This document shows positions 29,361 through 40,908 of a DNA stretch of 64,000 nt, piece after piece. The first letter of the stretch is position 1; every line of letters starts with the position of its first letter. The DNA is from Meyerozyma guilliermondii (lineage: Eukaryota), in assembly GCA_051546255.1 (NCBI GenBank), contig CP128815.1:682001-746000 (forward strand), given 5' to 3'. Both the position numbers and the translations under genes were made by a program. Under the pieces are notes generated by a model. That model searched no databases. It had not been told where the DNA came from and was given only the letters and a program-made list of their open reading frames with translations.

Positions 29361-30203
29361 AGAAGAGACCATAAAGAAAGAAGAACTAATCGGTGAGTAA
29401 CTGGAGAAGCTAAAAGTCTTGTAAGTCAAGAAAAAAAGTCCATTCAAAAAATCAGCCTTCATCACTTCACAGAACGATCTCAGCCAGCTTAACACCTCAA
29501 CTATACTCAGATCATTTCCACTTCTCTCTAAAGGATTCATTTGCAACCACGCTTCCTACACACAAGAATACCGGCCCGTAAGACCGACACCCATTACACC
29601 CGGCGTAAACACCAGCACGGTCCTGAGCCCGCCCCCGTTTTTCCCTGTTGTTATGACATGCTCGATTAGTCGAGCACAACTAGAGATTATAGTTTTTTTT
29701 GTGTAAACCATAGCAAGGGTTAATTGTAAGTACGGCACATACCACCAACTATCATGCATGTATACCTCGTCATATTCCATTTCTGGTCAATTATGCAATT
29801 ATAAAGGTGTTGAGATTTGCATTAGAGCATTACCAAAATGGTAAAAGGCAATTTCCTATTAGGGAGTGTTGCACATTTCATGGCATAGACCAAGTTTGTC
29901 GAAAGTTTATGAGGGTCTTGGAGGCATCGCCGAGGCACCAAATCGATACAGACAGCTGTGGATTGAAGGAGGTTGATGGATAGATGGTGGTAAGGGGTGA
30001 CGGAAAAAGGGGTAATTAAATATGGGTGTCTCCAAGGTGAACAGGATTATACTGGAACATTGACGTGGACTGGAAGTGATTGTGTCTTTGTTTCTGGTGT
30101 GACCACCATACTGTTGGTGATTCCAAATGTTCTGCTATAATGCAATCCAATTTTCCGTTCTCCTTTTTCCATTTTTCTTTTCATTTTCATAATACTAACC
30201 CAG

Positions 30204-30908
30204 ATGTCTGACGTTACTGAATCCAAATTGGAACCTGAAGAACAACTCGGATCCAACGCTGCTTCTAATCAGTTCAACACGTCGAGTGGAGCTCCTCCCG
30301 AGGATGATGATGACGATGAACAAGGAGGAAAGCCCCAAAAGGAGAGAAGAAAAATTGAAATCAAATTCATTCAGGACAAATCAAGGAGACACATTACGTT
30401 TTCGAAAAGAAAAGCAGGTATTATGAAAAAGGCCTACGAACTTTCGGTATTAACCGGTACTCAGGTATTGTTGTTGGTGGTGAGTGAAACCGGATTGGTG
30501 TACACTTTCACCACTCCCAAGTTGCAACCATTGGTAACTAAGAGTGAAGGTAAGAACTTGATTCAGGCATGTCTCAATGCCCCAGAAGAAGGTCTTGGAG
30601 ATGAACAAGGAGAGAATAGTGATGGAGGCTCGCAAGATCTGCCCGATGCCGCTCCAACGGGTAACGCTGGGGTACCTCAGGGTCACGCGCAACAGCACCC
30701 AGCTCAAGTGCACCATGCCCAACAGGTGCCTGGACAACAGCTTCCACCCGGAGCCCCGCTTCCCCATGGAATGCCATACCCAGGAGCTGGCCATCCACAA
30801 GGCGGTATCCCCATTCCTCCTCAGGGCTACAATGACCCTAATGTGTATCAACAGTATTTTGCCAACATGCAAAATGGCAATATGACCAACCAGCAACAAT
30901 TCCAATAG
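30204..30908 (+). CDS. MCM1: MADS-box transcription factor Mcm1
   Basis: ERRKIEIKFIQDKSRRHITFSKRKAGIMKKAYELSVLTGTQVLLLVVSETGLVYTFTTPK; Gln/Pro-rich tail. Confidence 0.98.
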   Translation: MSDVTESKLEPEEQLGSNAASNQFNTSSGAPPEDDDDDEQGGKPQKERRKIEIKFIQDKSRRHITFSKRKAGIMKKAYELSVLTGTQVLLLVVSETGLVYTFTTPKLQPLVTKSEGKNLIQACLNAPEEGLGDEQGENSDGGSQDLPDAAPTGNAGVPQGHAQQHPAQVHHAQQVPGQQLPPGAPLPHGMPYPGAGHPQGGIPIPPQGYNDPNVYQQYFANMQNGNMTNQQQFQ

Positions 30909-31447
30909 CTGTATGTACTTTAAGAATGATGTTAGGTAACATTGACATTGTCACGGCGTAAACTCCAAATTTCTCAAACCGTATCTGTCTTCTTGAGGTT
31001 ACGCTGTGCATCTGCCACCCGACCACCACAAGTGAAGAACCCTTTCCCTGCACAAGGCGCGGTGGGTGCAGATTGCTGCATCTTTCCCCACAGATATGGT
31101 ACAGGACACTCCGCGCCGAACGGTGAGGTTCTTTCAAGTATGCCATCAAAAATCAATAAATATCCCAAATATTCCTTCTTCTCGTAGCCAATTCTTTCTC
31201 TATACATTTTTTTACGTTGCTACCTCACTTTTGGCCGAAATTCCCATTTCTGTTATCCCAACTTAATTATCTCCTCATTCCCGCCTTGCTGCAATCTGGT
31301 GCGTGGATGCTGCACCGAGGGCTGACCTATCACCCCATGCAAACTGGACCCCCACATAATTTATACCCTGGTTTATTTCTTTGTAATTTCCTTAATAACT
31401 ATTTGTGTCTATAACCCAACTAGAACTCTTATTGGTGACCGCTCAAA

Positions 31448-33034
31448 ATGTCCAGAAGACTGTCAGCAGATTTCACTCCTTTTGCAGATCAATCTTGGGA
31501 GCATAGAACAAGTTATGATTCCACAAATATATGGGCTCCAGTTGAAAATACATGGACTATGAGTCCTCGTCGTCATCTGTATGGCGACGTGTACCCAATG
31601 CAAATCCATAACTTGCAACATCCACTGCAAATGGTTCCAAATTATCAGCAGCAACCACAGGGGTTTCAACAAGGCGGCCTCCAAAGCCTTGCACTGAGTC
31701 TTCCCGAAGGCCCAAACCAGGTCCGTGGTCTTCAGTTGATGACCGGACAGTTGCAATTAAATCTCCCGAGCCAAATACAAAATCAAAACCCTCCAAACCT
31801 ACAAACCACCCAATTTCAAAGTCCCCATAATTATCAATTACAAAACCATAATGTCCAACCTGTGGCTCCGAGCTTGACAAATCACCAGAGTGTTCCCAGT
31901 GTTTCCAGCACTCACAAAGGCTCACACAAGGACTCCGATTTGATGGCAAAACTTGCAATGGTCGATGACTACTTCATGGTGGACCACCACCAGCGAGTAC
32001 AAGTCACCGTAGACCTTTTGAACAAACGTTTCTTCCAGGAAGAACAGTTCCTCTCCGACGCCTACCAGCTCCCCAAGTTTCCCATCGAACACAATCTTCG
32101 AACTCAGCAGTTGATACTTGTTGCTTTCAAGGCGGGCCGCATCGATGTGTTTTACTTGCCGTCCGACGTTGCCTCGATCAACGTGGGTGATATTGTGATT
32201 GTGGAGGCTGATAGGGGTCACGATCTTGGAAAGGTGGTCAAAAAGGATATTTCTATTGACGAGGCTCGTCTACTTAAATTGTTGCAATTTCAAGAACAGC
32301 AATCTGCACTTTCAGATCACGATATGAACAGTATTCTGGTCAAGAACTTGCACCACCACAGTCCCGGTCAGCAACAAAACCAAACTCCACACACGCTTCA
32401 TTTCCCCAAACCAGTGATTGGGTTGGCCCAACAAAGCGAAATTCTTCAAATCTTAAACAAGAAACAAGATGAAGAAAAAGCTTGTCGTCTTTGTCTCGCC
32501 AAAATCGCCAATACCACCGCGGGCCATTCGTCGGGACTCGGTAACGTAAACACTTCCGATCTCCTTCAAATGGCATTGGTGGATGCAGAATATCAGTACG
32601 ACCGCAAGAAGTTGATCTTCTACTACTCTACAACCAAAAGAATTGATTTCCGCGATTTGGTAAGAGAGCTCTTTAGAATCTACAAAACACGGATCTGGAT
32701 GTGTGCTGTGATTGGGCACCCCTACGCCAACCAACCCACTACAAAGAAGAGCCCTCTCTCGACAAGTCCATTGATGGCTTCAGCATCACTGTTCCTGGCC
32801 CCAAGAGCTCTGAATCTACACGGCCAACAAGCCAAGGAAAGACACAACAGTTGGTCATATCCTACACCCGAATTTCCTGCCACAATCTCGGGATTTGGAC
32901 AGTACAATTCGCAGCCAAGCCCACAGATGAACACCCATGTTCCGCGGCGGTTTCCGCGCCAGGATCACGACAGCTCAAAATCGAACGCTGAGTCTTTCGT
33001 TTTAAAGTCACTCGTTGATTCAATTAACCACTAG
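31448..33034 (+). CDS. PSP1: PSP1-family protein (PSP1 C-terminal domain)
   Basis: LVAFKAGRIDVFY, VIVEADRGHDLGKV, DAEYQYDRKKLIFYY...IDFRDLVRELFRIYKTRIWM. Confidence 0.88.
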   Translation: MSRRLSADFTPFADQSWEHRTSYDSTNIWAPVENTWTMSPRRHLYGDVYPMQIHNLQHPLQMVPNYQQQPQGFQQGGLQSLALSLPEGPNQVRGLQLMTGQLQLNLPSQIQNQNPPNLQTTQFQSPHNYQLQNHNVQPVAPSLTNHQSVPSVSSTHKGSHKDSDLMAKLAMVDDYFMVDHHQRVQVTVDLLNKRFFQEEQFLSDAYQLPKFPIEHNLRTQQLILVAFKAGRIDVFYLPSDVASINVGDIVIVEADRGHDLGKVVKKDISIDEARLLKLLQFQEQQSALSDHDMNSILVKNLHHHSPGQQQNQTPHTLHFPKPVIGLAQQSEILQILNKKQDEEKACRLCLAKIANTTAGHSSGLGNVNTSDLLQMALVDAEYQYDRKKLIFYYSTTKRIDFRDLVRELFRIYKTRIWMCAVIGHPYANQPTTKKSPLSTSPLMASASLFLAPRALNLHGQQAKERHNSWSYPTPEFPATISGFGQYNSQPSPQMNTHVPRRFPRQDHDSSKSNAESFVLKSLVDSINH

Positions 33035-33496
33035 CCGCAGGCGGCATCAAAGTAGACGGCAAAGTATATAGAGGATGTTATTAAAATAGACGGTTTTTCA
33101 ATTGTAAGGTGCGTTCCGAGGTTCGGTTCGGGACCGGTACCGGAGCCGTTTCCGGCATGCGCAATCATGCTACGCTTACAAACACACCGGTTCATTATAA
33201 CGTAAGCACCGATCACAGAAGGTCACATTATATCACGACAACGCCACATCATGCATTAAGTGTGGTATATATGTTCTTGAAATCTTTGCATAATTGACGA
33301 TATAAACTCGAATTTTAAATGTCATTGAAGGTGGTCAAGTTGGATCTGTTTGCCTAATCTAGGCATTAATCAGCAAGGGCGTGCATCCCAACACCAGTGA
33401 TTCATGAGAAAGAAAAAAAAATTAATTACTCAGAGTCAATTACGTCAAAGCTATTTCCTTTAAAACAATTTCTTTGGTTTCAAACGTCGAATAAAA

Positions 33497-34030
33497 ATGA
33501 ATTTCGAAGCTTCTGATTACCTTAATGACTTGAATGTCGATTTCGGGAACGTTTCTCCCACACTTTCGTCAAATACCTCCACGTCGCCAAACGACTTGTA
33601 CTTATTTTCTCAATCCGAATTTTTAGACTTAGATGTCTTTGCTAGAGATTCAGCTGCTCCCGCTAAGGATGTTGCCGTAAAGCTCGAAGAACGTCCAGAG
33701 CCATTGGGAGTGTATGGTGAAGACAACGAGCAAGATATGGGACCTAACTCTAACTCCAGCGACATGAAACGTAAAAGAAATACGGCCGCTTCAGCTAGAT
33801 TTAGAATCAAGAAGAAGATGAAGGAGCAACAAATGATCCAACAGAGCAAGGATTTACAGGAAAAGGTACAAGCTTTGGAGAAAAAATTAAAGACGGTAGA
33901 AATGGAGAACAAATGTTTGAAGAGCTTAATTGCTCAGCAAAACGAAAAACGCAATAGCGATTGGTTGGAACAAATAAAGAAGCGTTCTATCATGGATGCT
34001 TCTTCCACGCCGTTCCTGTACACCAACTAG
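33497..34030 (+). CDS. Small bZIP transcription factor of the Met28/Cys-3/MetR sulfur-regulator type
   Basis: KRKRNTAASARFRIKKK basic region plus leucine zipper. Confidence 0.8.
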   Translation: MNFEASDYLNDLNVDFGNVSPTLSSNTSTSPNDLYLFSQSEFLDLDVFARDSAAPAKDVAVKLEERPEPLGVYGEDNEQDMGPNSNSSDMKRKRNTAASARFRIKKKMKEQQMIQQSKDLQEKVQALEKKLKTVEMENKCLKSLIAQQNEKRNSDWLEQIKKRSIMDASSTPFLYTN

Positions 34031-34650
34031 AACTTACAACTAACGAACTTTACTCTGACACCCACTCCAATCCAACTTTCGGCTGGGTTCAGAGTTCATC
34101 CACAGTGATCCAACTCACTGGGATATTGACGACTGACGAACTACAATCACTATAAAACTAGAAACGCTTTTGCCTTTTCAATTCTTCAACACGAAAATGC
34201 CCGTCATTGCAATCCGTGGCTTCGATTTCCAACAAATCGGTGACATTGGTTGTTCTTATACATAATATACCGTATCAAACGTGCCAGTAACCAGCTGTTA
34301 GTGTAGTCTCGTGTCTCTATCTCGTCTATTTGCATTCTATTGTAAAATTGATAATGGGTTGTTTGCACTTAATTTCCGCGCCAAAACCAATATTGTGGTG
34401 GTCAACTTTATCATTTAATTCAACGTCACCACCTTTAATAACGCACATTTGCACCCCTCAGACCATCAAATACGGGATATAAGTGCCTGTAATCCACATA
34501 AAAGACGAATACTGACCTCTAGTGGTCACATTTAAGGGTTTTATCTTCTCATTTACAACATCGACATCCATCGACGCTTATCACTGATCCAACAAAACAC
34601 CACTCAAAAGCCTCCCAGCCCTCAAATTCGTCGACATTTCTCGTGTAACG

Positions 34651-37600
34651 ATGTCAACGCTACATTCTGACCAATATGAGCTCTCAAAGCGAGATTTGGA
34701 CCGCTCCGTGTCTCCTCTTGAAGCAGCCAATCTCAACAACTCCGTGTACGATCTGGTAAGAGAACAAATGATGGAAAGTTCTAGTATGGATGGGTTCCAG
34801 GAGCAAATAGACTTGCGAATTGCTTCGTCTGATAACCCTGCGGCGGTTATGGAGTTGGATATGGATGGGAATGTGCGCTATCTTAGCAAAAACTGGGAGA
34901 CGATTGTAGGAACAAATATCAAAAAGATCATCCACAGGTCAGTTTCCAAGATTATAATAGGTGTTTCCGATGAGGATTTGAAGATATTCAACAATGCAAT
35001 TCACCATATGGTTCAGGATGATGGAAGTTACAAGGTCAAATTTGTCACGGCGACGAATGATAGAACCACAGTATCGGACTCAGGAGGAAAGGTGACACCT
35101 ACAAATTCTCTCAACGAAATGGTGGACGAGTCGGAGTTGCAGGTTCCTGAATCTGAGAGTATCAAGTACGATGCAAATGACAGCGACGACAATTACCCCA
35201 GCTCGCTTAGTTCGCAGCTCTCCAACAATGGTGATATCATTGAATTGGAAGCACAAGGCATATTGATCCATGATCCCACAACCAAGCTACCCAGCCACTC
35301 AATCTGGACAATCAAGCCATTTATACATGTGGATGTTGAATTGACTATTCCTTCAAAACTAAGCAATATGCTAGGATTCGGCTCAGAAATACTCGAAGGG
35401 TACCTTTCCAATCTACAAGAACTAGGCATTATCGATGAAGATTCCGTACCGCAACCCAAGCTTGTTCTCTGTCGAATATGCGAGCAGAATATACCCGCTT
35501 GGTTTATCGAGCGCCATAGCGATTTGTGTATTGTGGAACATCGGTTTTCGGAAGAACTTCAAACTTGCCATGAATTAGTTGCTGAGCAACGCAATCTCAT
35601 TTTACGCATCTCAGACTCACTATGGATCCAGCTGCAAGGCACCTCATTGACTGTCTCTTCATCGAGTTCAACCAGCTCACTAAGTCTGACCAGCTCCACC
35701 TCTTCCCTCATAAACAACTATAAGGGTATTCGACTACCAATGCCTTCGTCTGACACCTCGTCTCCCAAATTGGCAAATCAGGCTCTTCCGGGGGTAATGC
35801 TTAATCCATCTCCTCTTGGGGGTACAGTAACCAATTCCAGACCCAGAAGCACAGCTCACCGCCGATTCCCATTTGGAATTCTTCAACGACTTCTCGACCT
35901 ATGCGATGAAGTTATGCTCATAAATCCAGCCGACTCCGACGATTCTGGCCAGTACCAATTTTCTCCCAGTACAAAAGAGGCAATGTCACAAGTGGAACGA
36001 TGGAAAACTATTGAAACTACTGACCCTGCTTTACGGGCAATGGTTGAAGATACACAGCAATTGGCTAGTGATAAAATCGAAACGGCCACTCGGTTTTTGT
36101 CGATGCTCCAGTATTCACAAAAGATCAAGACTGAGGTTGACCAGCTAGTTCTTGCCGTGGTTCACGAAACCGTGACGAGGATTCGTGAGCAAACTATGGA
36201 AAACGAAAAGAGAGAACCTATCATGGGAATGCTTAAAAGGGAGAACGAGAAGAGCGTTACACCTCCTGTGGATCAGGAGAGCGCACAGCCAGACAATCTT
36301 GAAGTTCAGAAGGCTCGGTCTCTCGCCTCACCAACAATACATTCTCCTCAACCAGCTCGTACTTTGAGCCCGACTTATTTGGTTCAAGGTGAAAACCAGT
36401 CGAGGACCTCTATAACACCCCACGATATCTTACTACGCAGTCACAGTCAGCATCCGTCTGCTGCATCGCTTCTTTCACAGAATGTGTCTCCTAATAATGC
36501 TGGCGAAAATATCGCTGAGGTACTCAACGATCTCGATCTAAGCAAGAAATCGTCATTGTCGAATAGCTCTTCGTTTTGTTCACCACGAAGGCATCTTTCT
36601 CCAGCTCCATATCTTGAGAAGGGCAGTTTGTCTCTGCTCCAAAAGAATACCAATTCTCTTCCACACACCAACCCGCCTTCGCCTATGATTGAAGCCAACC
36701 ACAGCGGGGAACCTGAGCTTCTTGGCACTCCAATCTCTACAAATTCGAACGAAAAACGCAAATCAGATTCTTCTGGCATCACAAATTTGCATCTCAATAT
36801 CAACCCAAGAATGGCATCGATGAAACCACCACTCTCACCGCTCCTTGTTTCCCTGACTCCAACAGGAAAATCGACCAGTGGCCAGATAAAGGACTACGAA
36901 GTGCTCAAGGCTATCAGTAAGGGAGCCTTTGGATCAGTTTTCTTGGCCAAAAGGAAACTTACGGGCGATTATGTTGCTATCAAGTGCCTCAAGAAGCGAG
37001 ATATGATTGCAAAAAATCAAGTTTTGAACGTTCGCTCTGAAAGAGCAGTGATGATGAAGCAGGCAGATTCACCCTACGTTGCTCAGTTGTACAGCTCGTT
37101 TCAAACGAAAGACTATCTCTACTTGGTAATGGAGTATCTTAATGGAGGAGACTGTGCAACCTTGCTCAAGATGTTGGGAACATTGGGCAACGAATGGGCC
37201 AGAAGATACATCGCAGAGGTGGTAGTTGGTGTTAATGATCTTCATGAGCGTGGAATTATTCATCGTGATTTAAAGCCAGACAATCTATTGATTGACTCCA
37301 AGGGCCACCTCAAATTGACCGACTTTGGTCTTTCTCAAATGGGAGTGGTTGGCAGGATGACACGATCGCATAGAAAGAGCAGCACTTCGGAGCAAGGTAT
37401 TGAGCTATTCCGTCGAAGCTTACAGCAAGGAAACCAGAGTCCTTTGGCAAATGTCATAGGGCTTGGACTCGGTAGTGATGACTCGCCAGGTTCAGCACAC
37501 TCTACACCTAACGAAGGCAGTTCTGGGAACCACAAAAGAGTGTCGTCAGTAACTCCATTTTCGTTGTCACCAGCTCTTGACTCATCTAGAGACTCGAAAA

Positions 37601-39417
37601 GTTTTTCCAATACTAGTGAAGGAGGCTTCAGATTGAGACGTGGAAGGTCTGGGTCGAGATCAGGCTCTATAACCGGTTTAGATTCACCATTGGTTCGACC
37701 ATCAATTCACAAGGACGGTTCTGATATGTCTTTTCCCTTCGACGATGATGATTATGGATCGAGTCCATCGACTAATATAGCACTTCCAACGTCGTATGCG
37801 CTATACGACCCCACTGAAGACAAGGAGCTCAAACATTTCGTGGGGACCCCGGATTACCTTGCACCAGAAACTATCGAAGGAATAGGACAAAGTGAAGCAT
37901 CTGATTGGTGGTCTCTTGGATGTATCTTGTTTGAATTCATATATGGATACCCACCTTTCCACGCAGACACACCCGATGAAGTCTTCAAGAGAATCTTGGC
38001 GTGTAATATTGACTGGCCTCCTTTAAGCCCACAAGAAGACAGAGAAGTGTGCCCTCCTTCAGCGAAAGATTTAATTGTTCAACTTCTCACGCTCGACCCC
38101 GAAAAGCGATTAGGCTCCGATGGTGCCCAAGAGATCAAAAACCATCCTTATTTCAGAGGGATCAACTGGGACACATTATTCGAGGAGATACCCTCGTTTA
38201 TCCCCAATGTTGAAGACCCTGAGTCTACAGACTACTTCGATTCCAGAGGTGCAGATATTTCTCACTTCCCCAAAGATGAAGACGAGGAGGACGGTGAATA
38301 TTATCACGGGCAACACCAGCTTTCGCCTCCATTGAGCGCACCTCTTGCGGAGCCGTACGGATCGAGTATAGGTGGTTCTGGCACCCGAGAAAGAAGAAGC
38401 AGCAAATTGGCAGACCCTAGTGAATTTGGTTCGTTCCATTTCCGAAACTTGTCTGTTTTGGAGAAAGCCAACAAGGACGTCATAAACAGACTCAAGTCTG
38501 AGCATTTGGAGCACCGAGGCAGTTTCTCGTCTTCGTCATCTGATTCCACTCCATTAGGTCGTCCCAGAGGTTTATCACTTTCCAATAATTCTGGTGGTTC
38601 ATCTGGAAGTCCTTTTAAGCGGCCATTATCACCTGGAGCATTCTTGGCACAGCGAGTACCATCGCCTCTGAAGACCGAACAGAGCCCAGCTACCACTCCG
38701 TCGTCGCAGAACTTTAAACACGAACGAATGGGTTCGGCAGTTAGTGCCTATTCCAGTGGTGACGAATACCCATTCGAAACTTTCAAGACTTCTGTGGTTC
38801 CAAGCGAGAAAACGAAAACGGGCCATCGCCATTCGTTGACTAAACAAGTGTTCACTAAGTCTGTCAGTGAGTTTTCTCCCTCTAGCTCCGACACAGAAGA
38901 CTCGATATCTTCTGCTCTTTTGCGAGTCAGAAAACGAAGAGAAAGCTCAAGGAAACCCAGCGCTACCGGCAGCTTGTTCTCACGCAATAGCAGCTCTGAT
39001 ATTCGAGCTCAGCACCGAGAGATCGACGTCCTTTATTGCGAGCCAATTCCCATCGTTCGTCATACTATTTCCAAGTTTTTGGAAGAGTTGGGCTGCATTG
39101 TGGTTTCTGTTAGTGATGGAGACGAGCTCATTCGCAGAGCAACAAGTCAGGTCAAGTTTGATATTATCTTTACGGCACTTAAAATACCAAAGGTAGATGC
39201 CATGGATGCCGTGAAATTGATCAAATATACCAGCGGTGTCAACTCCAATACACCATTGGTGGCCATAACTGGTTACGCAAAAGACGCCCACCAATCTGGA
39301 ATGTTTGCTGAGGTGCTTGAGAAGCCTCTTGATCGAGGCCAATTGCGTGTGGTGATTTACAGATTGAGCGTCGACGCCAATGCCGTCGAGTCAGATAGAG
39401 AAGAAGATGCAGAGTAG
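34651..39417 (+). CDS. RIM15: PAS-C2HC zinc finger-kinase-receiver protein kinase Rim15
   Basis: PAS N-terminus, CRICE...HSDLC, ISKGAFGSV, HRDLKPDN, DFGLS, long insert before VGTPDYLAPE, C-terminal receiver domain. Confidence 0.97.
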   Translation: MSTLHSDQYELSKRDLDRSVSPLEAANLNNSVYDLVREQMMESSSMDGFQEQIDLRIASSDNPAAVMELDMDGNVRYLSKNWETIVGTNIKKIIHRSVSKIIIGVSDEDLKIFNNAIHHMVQDDGSYKVKFVTATNDRTTVSDSGGKVTPTNSLNEMVDESELQVPESESIKYDANDSDDNYPSSLSSQLSNNGDIIELEAQGILIHDPTTKLPSHSIWTIKPFIHVDVELTIPSKLSNMLGFGSEILEGYLSNLQELGIIDEDSVPQPKLVLCRICEQNIPAWFIERHSDLCIVEHRFSEELQTCHELVAEQRNLILRISDSLWIQLQGTSLTVSSSSSTSSLSLTSSTSSLINNYKGIRLPMPSSDTSSPKLANQALPGVMLNPSPLGGTVTNSRPRSTAHRRFPFGILQRLLDLCDEVMLINPADSDDSGQYQFSPSTKEAMSQVERWKTIETTDPALRAMVEDTQQLASDKIETATRFLSMLQYSQKIKTEVDQLVLAVVHETVTRIREQTMENEKREPIMGMLKRENEKSVTPPVDQESAQPDNLEVQKARSLASPTIHSPQPARTLSPTYLVQGENQSRTSITPHDILLRSHSQHPSAASLLSQNVSPNNAGENIAEVLNDLDLSKKSSLSNSSSFCSPRRHLSPAPYLEKGSLSLLQKNTNSLPHTNPPSPMIEANHSGEPELLGTPISTNSNEKRKSDSSGITNLHLNINPRMASMKPPLSPLLVSLTPTGKSTSGQIKDYEVLKAISKGAFGSVFLAKRKLTGDYVAIKCLKKRDMIAKNQVLNVRSERAVMMKQADSPYVAQLYSSFQTKDYLYLVMEYLNGGDCATLLKMLGTLGNEWARRYIAEVVVGVNDLHERGIIHRDLKPDNLLIDSKGHLKLTDFGLSQMGVVGRMTRSHRKSSTSEQGIELFRRSLQQGNQSPLANVIGLGLGSDDSPGSAHSTPNEGSSGNHKRVSSVTPFSLSPALDSSRDSKSFSNTSEGGFRLRRGRSGSRSGSITGLDSPLVRPSIHKDGSDMSFPFDDDDYGSSPSTNIALPTSYALYDPTEDKELKHFVGTPDYLAPETIEGIGQSEASDWWSLGCILFEFIYGYPPFHADTPDEVFKRILACNIDWPPLSPQEDREVCPPSAKDLIVQLLTLDPEKRLGSDGAQEIKNHPYFRGINWDTLFEEIPSFIPNVEDPESTDYFDSRGADISHFPKDEDEEDGEYYHGQHQLSPPLSAPLAEPYGSSIGGSGTRERRSSKLADPSEFGSFHFRNLSVLEKANKDVINRLKSEHLEHRGSFSSSSSDSTPLGRPRGLSLSNNSGGSSGSPFKRPLSPGAFLAQRVPSPLKTEQSPATTPSSQNFKHERMGSAVSAYSSGDEYPFETFKTSVVPSEKTKTGHRHSLTKQVFTKSVSEFSPSSSDTEDSISSALLRVRKRRESSRKPSATGSLFSRNSSSDIRAQHREIDVLYCEPIPIVRHTISKFLEELGCIVVSVSDGDELIRRATSQVKFDIIFTALKIPKVDAMDAVKLIKYTSGVNSNTPLVAITGYAKDAHQSGMFAEVLEKPLDRGQLRVVIYRLSVDANAVESDREEDAE

Positions 39418-39454
39418 GAAATCAATAAGTAGAGTAATAGTCGAATCTATGCGT

Positions 39455-40321
39455 CTATTCTTTTATTTTTGTAGCCTCGGTGGCCACTGGCCCAGAGGAA
39501 GGATCTTCAGTCACAGGTTTGTTCTCGTTGATGAAATCTTTGACATCATCTTTACTTTTCAAGTAGTGCTTTTTGTACCATTTCAACTGAGCGATGCTCT
39601 CTAATATGTCAGATTTGGCAGTATGGTTACCATCTTTCTTGGGGAAAAGCTTCATAAGTTCAGGATTATGTCGATGTCCAATTTCCATGATAGTAGAGAC
39701 ATCAATTAAACGATAATGCAAGTAGTCGATTACACGAGGAAATTCACGGTTCATGAAAAATTTGTCCATATGGATGGAGTTTCCTGCCATTATTCCCTTA
39801 TTGGGTTCCACAAACCTCTTGATGTATTCTAGAAGCTCATCTTGTACCTTTTCAAGTGTGCGGTCGGTATTTTCCAAAACTTTGGCTGTGAGTCCCGACT
39901 TTCCATGCTGGTCTACGCACCATTCATTCATGCTATCCAAGACCTCTTTGGGATAATAGATGGTTGATTCATAACCTTGGGAGTCGATGATATTCATGTG
40001 ACCATCGGTAATGATGCAACATATTTCGATAATGTGATCCTCGTAAACATTAAGTCCGGTCATCTCACAGTCTATCCACACCAATGGCTTCCACACCTTG
40101 GGTTTGGCCTTCAAAATTGTCTGTGTCGCCTGAAGTGGAGTTTCTTGTTTGGGCTTCGTTTCACCATTTTCGAGCTTGGGCTTTTTGTTCGTTGTATCGG
40201 TAACAGAAAGCTTGCGTGTAGTCATTGTAAAAGGTATGGAGCGAGTTATGCGATTCTGGATCGGTGTGAGATGGCTTATTCGAGATACGTGGGTGTTAAG
40301 GCTCGATAGCGCTCTTCTCAT
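39455..40321 (-). CDS. REX2: Oligoribonuclease (DEDDh 3'-5' exonuclease)
   Basis: PLVWIDCEMTGL, GNSIHMDK, HYRLIDVST, HTAKSDILESI; ATGs at 40321 and 40225. Confidence 0.95.
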   Translation of the reverse strand: MRRALSSLNTHVSRISHLTPIQNRITRSIPFTMTTRKLSVTDTTNKKPKLENGETKPKQETPLQATQTILKAKPKVWKPLVWIDCEMTGLNVYEDHIIEICCIITDGHMNIIDSQGYESTIYYPKEVLDSMNEWCVDQHGKSGLTAKVLENTDRTLEKVQDELLEYIKRFVEPNKGIMAGNSIHMDKFFMNREFPRVIDYLHYRLIDVSTIMEIGHRHNPELMKLFPKKDGNHTAKSDILESIAQLKWYKKHYLKSKDDVKDFINENKPVTEDPSSGPVATEATKIKE

Positions 40322-40375
40322 CAACTAAAAATTCGGACCTGGCGAAAATTCGCAACTAACGAAAAACCCCACAAA

Positions 40376-40903
40376 ATGGAGCAATCAACACTTGACAAGT
40401 TCTACTTGTGGTACTTTCTCGTCCACATTCCCATCACGTTGCTTGTGGATGCAAGTCTAGTTATTCCTCGCGAATACCTTCCATCGATCTCGCTCAAGTT
40501 AATAGAGCTTCATATCAGTACCAACAAGGACTTTCTCTTGGTGCAATTACCACTTTGGCTCCAGGCTTTTGGAGCAGTCGAACTATTCTTCCAGCTTCCA
40601 CTTTTTGTAATTGGTGCTTACTACTTGTATATCAAGTCCAGATCGATATATCCATACATGTTATTGTATGGATTCAATGCCAGTTTCACCACAGCAATCT
40701 GTATAGTTCATGTGTTTTATGAGGGTCACACTTATGGGCTTCTGGAGGCTCAGGTGAAGCAATTGATACTTGTGTATGTTCCCTATTTTGCCATACCCTT
40801 TGTTATGATGGTAGATTATTTGAACAGAATTCTAGCCATAGTTGGCGTGAGAGAGGAAGTGATCGTGATCACAGAAGAAATTGATAGCAAGAAGCTAGAG
40901 TGA
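40376..40903 (+). CDS. EMA19: EXPERA/TMEM97-family ER membrane protein (Ema19-like)
   Basis: DKFYLWYFLVHIPITLLVD, ELFFQLP, YVPYFAIP, C-terminal KKLE ER-retrieval signal. Confidence 0.8.
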   Translation: MEQSTLDKFYLWYFLVHIPITLLVDASLVIPREYLPSISLKLIELHISTNKDFLLVQLPLWLQAFGAVELFFQLPLFVIGAYYLYIKSRSIYPYMLLYGFNASFTTAICIVHVFYEGHTYGLLEAQVKQLILVYVPYFAIPFVMMVDYLNRILAIVGVREEVIVITEEIDSKKLE

Positions 40904-40908
40904 GCAGA

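Noticed and set aside
33109..33160. GC-rich stretch with GGTTCG and the palindrome CCGGTACCGG, considered as a tRNA
   Set aside because: No cloverleaf or A/B box spacing; likely promoter sequence
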